In this document: one piece after another, positions 24,094 to 28,017 of the stretch
Layout: the number at the start of each line of letters is the position of its first letter
Position numbering within the stretch: position 1 is the first letter of the stretch
NCBI GenBank assembly: GCA_964624265.1
Contig: CAZUYG010000001.1
Location: forward strand, 1 to 28,017
From: an uncultured Candidatus Odyssella sp.
GTDB taxonomy: Bacteria; Pseudomonadota; Alphaproteobacteria; Bin65
DNA: 28,017 nucleotides
Direction: 5' to 3'
The notes under the pieces: generated by a model
The model's database searches: none
The model's input: only the letters and a program-made list of their open reading frames with translations
What the model was told of the DNA's origin: nothing
Translations under genes and position numbers: made by a program

Positions 24094-24639
24094 ATGCGCA
24101 AACGAACCGCATTCCTCGCCATCCTCGCTCTCGGCACGGCTTGGGCCGCCCTCGCGATACCGCCGCTGCGCGCCGCGAACAGCAAGCCTGCCCCGGCCTT
24201 GGCGGCGGATTTCGGCCAGCTCTACGCCACGCTCGATCGCGGCGACCTGCTTCAGTATCGCGAAATGTATGCGCCCGCCGCCGCGCTCGCCGCGATCCGG
24301 AGCGGGACGGCGCTGCCGGCCGGCACGGTGCTGACGATGGTGGTGTATTCGGTGAAGCGCGACGAGGCCGGCCGCCCGCTGCGGGACCGGCACGGCCGCT
24401 TCGCCAAAGACGCCGTGTCGGCGTTCCTGGTCATGCGCAAGCAAGACGAGGGCGCGCAGCCGTCGCACGGTCCGGCGCCGGGTCCGTGGCAGTTCCAGAT
24501 TTTCGGCGCCGACCGGCGGCCGGACCGCACGGCCCGGATGACGGAATGCGCCGCGTGCCATGAGCGCGCCCGGGAGACGGATCACGTCTTCACCGCCGAG
24601 GACATGAGGGCCTTCGCGGACGGGCACGCCCCGCGATAA
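24094..24639 (+). CDS. Cytochrome P460-family (c'-beta-like) periplasmic monoheme protein
   Basis: Signal peptide; LPAGTVLTM, FLVMRK, W.FQIF, C-terminal CAACH...DHVFT. Confidence 0.85.
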   Translation: MRKRTAFLAILALGTAWAALAIPPLRAANSKPAPALAADFGQLYATLDRGDLLQYREMYAPAAALAAIRSGTALPAGTVLTMVVYSVKRDEAGRPLRDRHGRFAKDAVSAFLVMRKQDEGAQPSHGPAPGPWQFQIFGADRRPDRTARMTECAACHERARETDHVFTAEDMRAFADGHAPR

Positions 24640-24656
24640 AGACGTCGGCCGCCCTC

Positions 24657-24686
24657 GGGCAGTTGTCATACATCCGACAACTGCCC
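24657..24686. promoter_or_regulatory. Perfect 11-bp inverted repeat (operator-like or hairpin) upstream of the pckA promoter
   Basis: gggcagttgtc-atacatcc-gacaactgccc. Confidence 0.5.
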
Positions 24687-24721
24687 CGCGCCCCGCTCAT
24701 GCGGCGGCCCGGAGAGTCGCA

Positions 24722-24751
24722 TTGCAAAAAACGGCCGCGCGTGCGTATCTT
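24722..24751 (+). promoter_or_regulatory. Putative sigma70 promoter of pckA
   Basis: TTGCAA-N18-TATCTT in an AT-richer intergenic region. Confidence 0.5.
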
Positions 24752-24786
24752 CCGATAGATCGCGATCGATAAGCGGTTGAAACAAC

Positions 24787-24845
24787 AGGAAACGCCAAGG
24801 TCGCGTCCCGGCATCGCCGGGGCTGACGGGCGTTTCTTTTCCTTT
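24787..24845 (+). terminator. Terminator-like hairpin plus U-tract within the pckA 5' leader
   Basis: gaaacgcc (24789-96)/ggcgtttc (24829-36) enclosing cccggc-atc-gccggg, followed by ttttccttt. Confidence 0.5.
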
Positions 24846-24869
24846 GGAACGTGTAGGAGCACTGCCCCC

Positions 24870-26477
24870 GTGACCCCGTCTGGTCCCGTCGCGAGCCGCC
24901 ATGGGCTCGACACTCTCGGCCTCAAGACCCGTGGCAAGGAATTCTGGAACCTCGTTCCGGCCGGCCTCTACGAAGAGGCGATCCGGCGCGGCGAGGGCAC
25001 GGTTGCCGAGGGCGGCCCGCTCGTGATGCTGACCGGCGAGCACACCGGCCGCTCGCCCAACGACAAGTTCATCGTCCGCGATGCGGCAACCGAGAACGAG
25101 GTCGATTGGGGCAACGTCAACCGCCCGATGAAGGCCGAGCATTTCGACCGCGTCCACGAGAAGGTGATCCGCCATCTTTCGGAGCGCGACCTGTTCGTGG
25201 CCGATTGCTACGGCGGCGCGGACCCCGCCTACCGCCTGCGCGTGCGCGTCGTCACCGAGCACGCCTGGCACGCGCTGTTCGCGCGCACGATGTTCATCCG
25301 CGTGCCGTTCGCCGAGCAGGCCGATTTCCAGCCCGATTTCACGATCCTGCACGCGCCGACGCTGACGACCAATCCGGAAACCGACGGCACGCGCACCGGC
25401 ACGTTCATCCTGATGAACTTCGCCAAGCGCCTGGTCCTCATCGGCGGCACGTCCTATGCCGGCGAGATCAAGAAATCGGTGTTTTCGATCCTGAACTACC
25501 TGCTGCCGCCCAAGGGCGTTCTGCCGATGCACTGCTCGGCGAACATCGGCAAGAAGGGCGATACGGCGATCTTCTTCGGCCTGTCCGGCACCGGCAAGAC
25601 GACGCTCTCGGCCGACAGCGCGCGCACGCTGATCGGCGACGACGAGCACGGCTGGGCCGACAACGGCGTCTTCAATTTCGAGGGCGGCTGCTACGCGAAG
25701 GTCATCAAGCTCTCGCCGGAAGCCGAGCCCGAGATCTACGCGACGACGCGCATGTTCGGCACCGTGCTCGAGAACACGGTGCTCGATCACGCGACGCGGC
25801 GCCTGAATCTCGACGACGCGCTCTACACCGAGAACACGCGCGCCTGCTATCCGGTCGACTACATCCCGAACATGGCGCTCGACGGCCGCGGCGGCCATCC
25901 GCAGAACGTCATCATGCTCACGGCGGATGCGTTCGGCGTTCTGCCGCCGGTGTCGCAGCTCACCGCCGAGCAGGCGATGTATCACTTCCTCTCCGGCTAC
26001 ACGGCGCGCGTCGCCGGCACCGAGAAGGGCGTGAAGGAGCCGCAAGCGACGTTCTCGGCCTGCTTCGGCGGGCCGTTCATGGCGCGGCATCCCTCGGTCT
26101 ACGCGACGCTGCTCGGCGAGAAGATCGCGCGGCACGGCTCGAAATGCTGGCTGGTCAACACCGGCTGGTCCGGCGGCGGCTTCGGCGTCGGCGAGCGCAT
26201 GAAGATCGCGCACACGCGCGCGATGATCCGCGCGATCCTCGACGGCAAGCTGGCCACGGCGCCGTTCGCCACGCACCCGAATTTCGGCGTGCGCATGCCC
26301 GAAGCGTGCCCCGACGTTCCGGCCGACGTGCTCAATCCCAAGAACACGTGGCGCGACAAGGCCGCCTACGACGCGGCCGCGCGCGAAGTGGCCAAGCGCT
26401 TCGAGACGAATTTCACGAAGTTCGAGCCGTTCGTGGACGGCAAGATCAAGGCCGCCGCGATCCGCGCCGCGGCCTAA
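24870..26477 (+). CDS. pckA: Phosphoenolpyruvate carboxykinase (ATP)
   Basis: TGRSPNDKF, YAGEIKKSVF, MHCSAN, FFGLSGTGKTTLS, IGDDEHGW, FEGGCYAK; aggag RBS before GTG 24870. Confidence 0.98.
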   Translation: MTPSGPVASRHGLDTLGLKTRGKEFWNLVPAGLYEEAIRRGEGTVAEGGPLVMLTGEHTGRSPNDKFIVRDAATENEVDWGNVNRPMKAEHFDRVHEKVIRHLSERDLFVADCYGGADPAYRLRVRVVTEHAWHALFARTMFIRVPFAEQADFQPDFTILHAPTLTTNPETDGTRTGTFILMNFAKRLVLIGGTSYAGEIKKSVFSILNYLLPPKGVLPMHCSANIGKKGDTAIFFGLSGTGKTTLSADSARTLIGDDEHGWADNGVFNFEGGCYAKVIKLSPEAEPEIYATTRMFGTVLENTVLDHATRRLNLDDALYTENTRACYPVDYIPNMALDGRGGHPQNVIMLTADAFGVLPPVSQLTAEQAMYHFLSGYTARVAGTEKGVKEPQATFSACFGGPFMARHPSVYATLLGEKIARHGSKCWLVNTGWSGGGFGVGERMKIAHTRAMIRAILDGKLATAPFATHPNFGVRMPEACPDVPADVLNPKNTWRDKAAYDAAAREVAKRFETNFTKFEPFVDGKIKAAAIRAAA

Positions 26478-26490
26478 GCGGCGCTTCGCG

Positions 26491-27072
26491 CTATCGCGTG
26501 CAGGCGAAGAGCTCGCCCAGCGACGCGCGGGAGCGCGTCGGGCACAGCGCATCCTCGGACGGCGCTGGCGGTACGGCGGCGTAGTTGAACGTCAGCGGCC
26601 TCGCCGTATCCGGGCGCTCGGCGCTCGGTCCGGCCTGCGGCGCCAGTGCGGCCGGCGGCCCTTCGGTATGGGTCCGCGGCCGGGTGAAAATCGTGGAAAG
26701 ACTCGTGTCGGGCTGCTGCGGCGTGCGCGCCGTGTAGCGCGGGGCGGGGGCTCGCCGCTGAGCGGTCCGGCGCGGCGCCGCGGCGCGCGTCGTCGGCGCC
26801 GTGAACTTCGGCGGCGGATCGGCTCGCTCGGCGGGCGCCGCGCGGTTCGACGTTTCAGGCTCCACCGGCACGCCCATCCGCGTGCGTTCCATTGGCTTGG
26901 GGTGAGTCACCGGCGGCGTCCGCGGCGCGGGCTCGCTCTCGTCGGTCGGCGCAACGTAGCTGCGCGGCTCGGCGGCCGGGTTTGGCGCCGGCACGCCCGT
27001 TTCTGCCGCGGCGGGCCATCCCGTCGATGCGGTCGTCAGCAAAAGGACGGCGGCGGCAACAATCCGGTTCAT
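26491..27072 (-). CDS. Secreted Pro/Ala/Thr-rich hypothetical protein with C-terminal Cys pair
   Basis: Sec signal MNRIVAAAVLLLTTASTGWPAAA; ggagg RBS; low-complexity body; C-x13-C near the end. Confidence 0.65.
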   Translation of the reverse strand: MNRIVAAAVLLLTTASTGWPAAAETGVPAPNPAAEPRSYVAPTDESEPAPRTPPVTHPKPMERTRMGVPVEPETSNRAAPAERADPPPKFTAPTTRAAAPRRTAQRRAPAPRYTARTPQQPDTSLSTIFTRPRTHTEGPPAALAPQAGPSAERPDTARPLTFNYAAVPPAPSEDALCPTRSRASLGELFACTR

Positions 27073-27177
27073 GGGAGCCTCCGGCTCCGGTCGCGATGAG
27101 TGGCCCCTTGGGAATTACGCGGCGTCCGGCGCCTTTACCCCGCCGTTCACAGAGTCGTGATCACGATGTTTCGCCGG

Positions 27178-27354
27178 CTACATACACCAGGCGAAGACGC
27201 CGGCCTTCACCAGTTCGTCATAGGCCGGGAGCACGTAGCGGTGCCAAACCGTTCCGCCCGCGGCCAGAACGGGCTCGGCGAACAACACGCCGGCCGCCAC
27301 GCCGATCAGGGCGGCGCCGGCTTCGAACAGGCGGCGGGGCGGGCGCGTTCGCAT
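27178..27354 (-). CDS. Small membrane protein (58 aa), not in the ORF track
   Basis: Manual translation MRTRPPRRLFEAGAALIGVAAGVLFAEPVLAAGGTVWHRYVLPAYDELVKAGVFAWCM*; strong GC3 bias; TATATT -10 six nt before the ATG. Confidence 0.75.
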   Translation of the reverse strand: MRTRPPRRLFEAGAALIGVAAGVLFAEPVLAAGGTVWHRYVLPAYDELVKAGVFAWCM

Positions 27355-27436
27355 GGCTGAAATATAGGCTTTCGCATGCCGCTCTGCCAGCGGCCATCGG
27401 GCGCCGTATGCCTACCGCGTTGCAGCGTCGTGCGCG

Positions 27437-27450
27437 TTGACTTGGGTCAT
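27437..27450 (+). promoter_or_regulatory. Imperfect FNR/FixK-like box upstream of ppsA
   Basis: ttgac-ttgg-gtcat (9/10 core positions); no clear -10 at class II spacing. Confidence 0.35.
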
Positions 27451-27563
27451 GGCCGCCGCGCCGCAGCGCAGGCACCAAACGCTGCACGACATTCTTCCGC
27501 AGGTCGAGGACAGCCGCATGGGCCTTCTGACGCTTTTCCGCCGCCGATCCGAAGAGCCGTCCC

Positions 27564-28017
27564 ATGGCCATTGATCCGGTCGCCTGGTTCGAGACTCTCG
27601 CGCGGGGCGACGTGCCGTCGGTCGGCGGCAAGAACGCGTCGCTCGGCGAGCTGGTGAGAAATCTCGCGGCGCAGGGCGTCGCGGTGCCGCCGGGCTTCGC
27701 CACGCGCGCCGACGCCTACTGGGCCTTCGTGGAGGAGAACGGGCTGCGCCGCGTGGTCGAAGCCGAGCTGGGCGCGCTCGGAGACGGCAGCGCCTCGCTG
27801 ACCGAAGCCGGCCAGGCAATCCGGCGCGCGTTCCTGCGCGCCGAGTGGCCGGCCGGCATCGCCGCGGCGATCCGGCACGCCTACCGCACGCTCTCGCAGC
27901 GGATCGGCGTTTCGGCCGCGAGCGTCGCCGTGCGCTCCAGCGCCACCGCCGAAGACCTGCCGGAGGCGAGCTTCGCCGGCCAGCTCGAATCGTTTCTGAA
28001 CGTCGCCGGCGAAGACG
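27564..28017 (+). CDS. ppsA: Phosphoenolpyruvate synthase, 3'-truncated by window edge (absent from the ORF track)
   Basis: Manual translation MAIDPVAWFETLARGDVPSVGGKNASLGEL...VPPGFAT...VAVRSSATAEDLPEASFAGQLESFLNV. Confidence 0.95.
   Translation, partial: MAIDPVAWFETLARGDVPSVGGKNASLGELVRNLAAQGVAVPPGFATRADAYWAFVEENGLRRVVEAELGALGDGSASLTEAGQAIRRAFLRAEWPAGIAAAIRHAYRTLSQRIGVSAASVAVRSSATAEDLPEASFAGQLESFLNVAGED

Noticed and set aside
24666-26584. 628-aa minus and 492-aa plus ORFs
   Set aside because: Shadows of pckA.
27449-27574. 41-aa ORF (MAAAPQRRHQ...SHGH) overlapping the ppsA start
   Set aside because: No clear RBS, weak codon bias, and it starts inside the FNR-like box; likely chance.
1-28017. 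CRISPR arrays, IS elements, integrases, prophage genes, sigma54 and CtrA sites
   Set aside because: No regularly spaced direct repeats, transposase/integrase motifs, TGGCAC-N5-TTGC or TTAA-N7-TTAA matches found by eye in intergenic regions.

Overview
High-GC (visually ~70%) chromosomal segment of an alphaproteobacterium, probably Rhodospirillales-like (inferred from gene content and the rpmH-rnpA-yidD-yidC-engB synteny). It is mostly housekeeping and transport: a family-5 peptide ABC SBP plus two permeases, ROK kinase, DUF992 lipoprotein, CBS-BON protein, tRNA-Arg(ACG), gpt, two EamA transporters, panC, an orphan histidine kinase, a TVP38/DedA protein, rpmH-rnpA-yidD-yidC-engB, a NitT/TauT-type ABC transporter, pckA and the 5' part of ppsA. 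I found no transposase, integrase, phage gene or CRISPR array. Best candidate for an undescribed system: a tightly coupled two-gene unit (9653->6920, minus strand) with a MurL/QueC-like PP-loop, 4-Cys adenylating enzyme and a perosamine-synthase-like DegT aminotransferase, with no murD2, gmd or glycosyltransferase beside it. Other notable signals: a nested 8-bp-periodic palindrome between the peptide permeases; two perfect FNR/FixK boxes with correctly placed -10 elements (one in front of an unknown 81-aa gene); a perfect CRP-type box; a P460-fold cytochrome with Met at the apparent cross-link Lys position; a structured pckA leader with an upstream operator-like inverted repeat; a 58-aa, apparently leaderless membrane gene missing from the ORF track; and a Cys-rich secreted protein inserted between yidC and engB. 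All family assignments come from motif recognition, not database searches.
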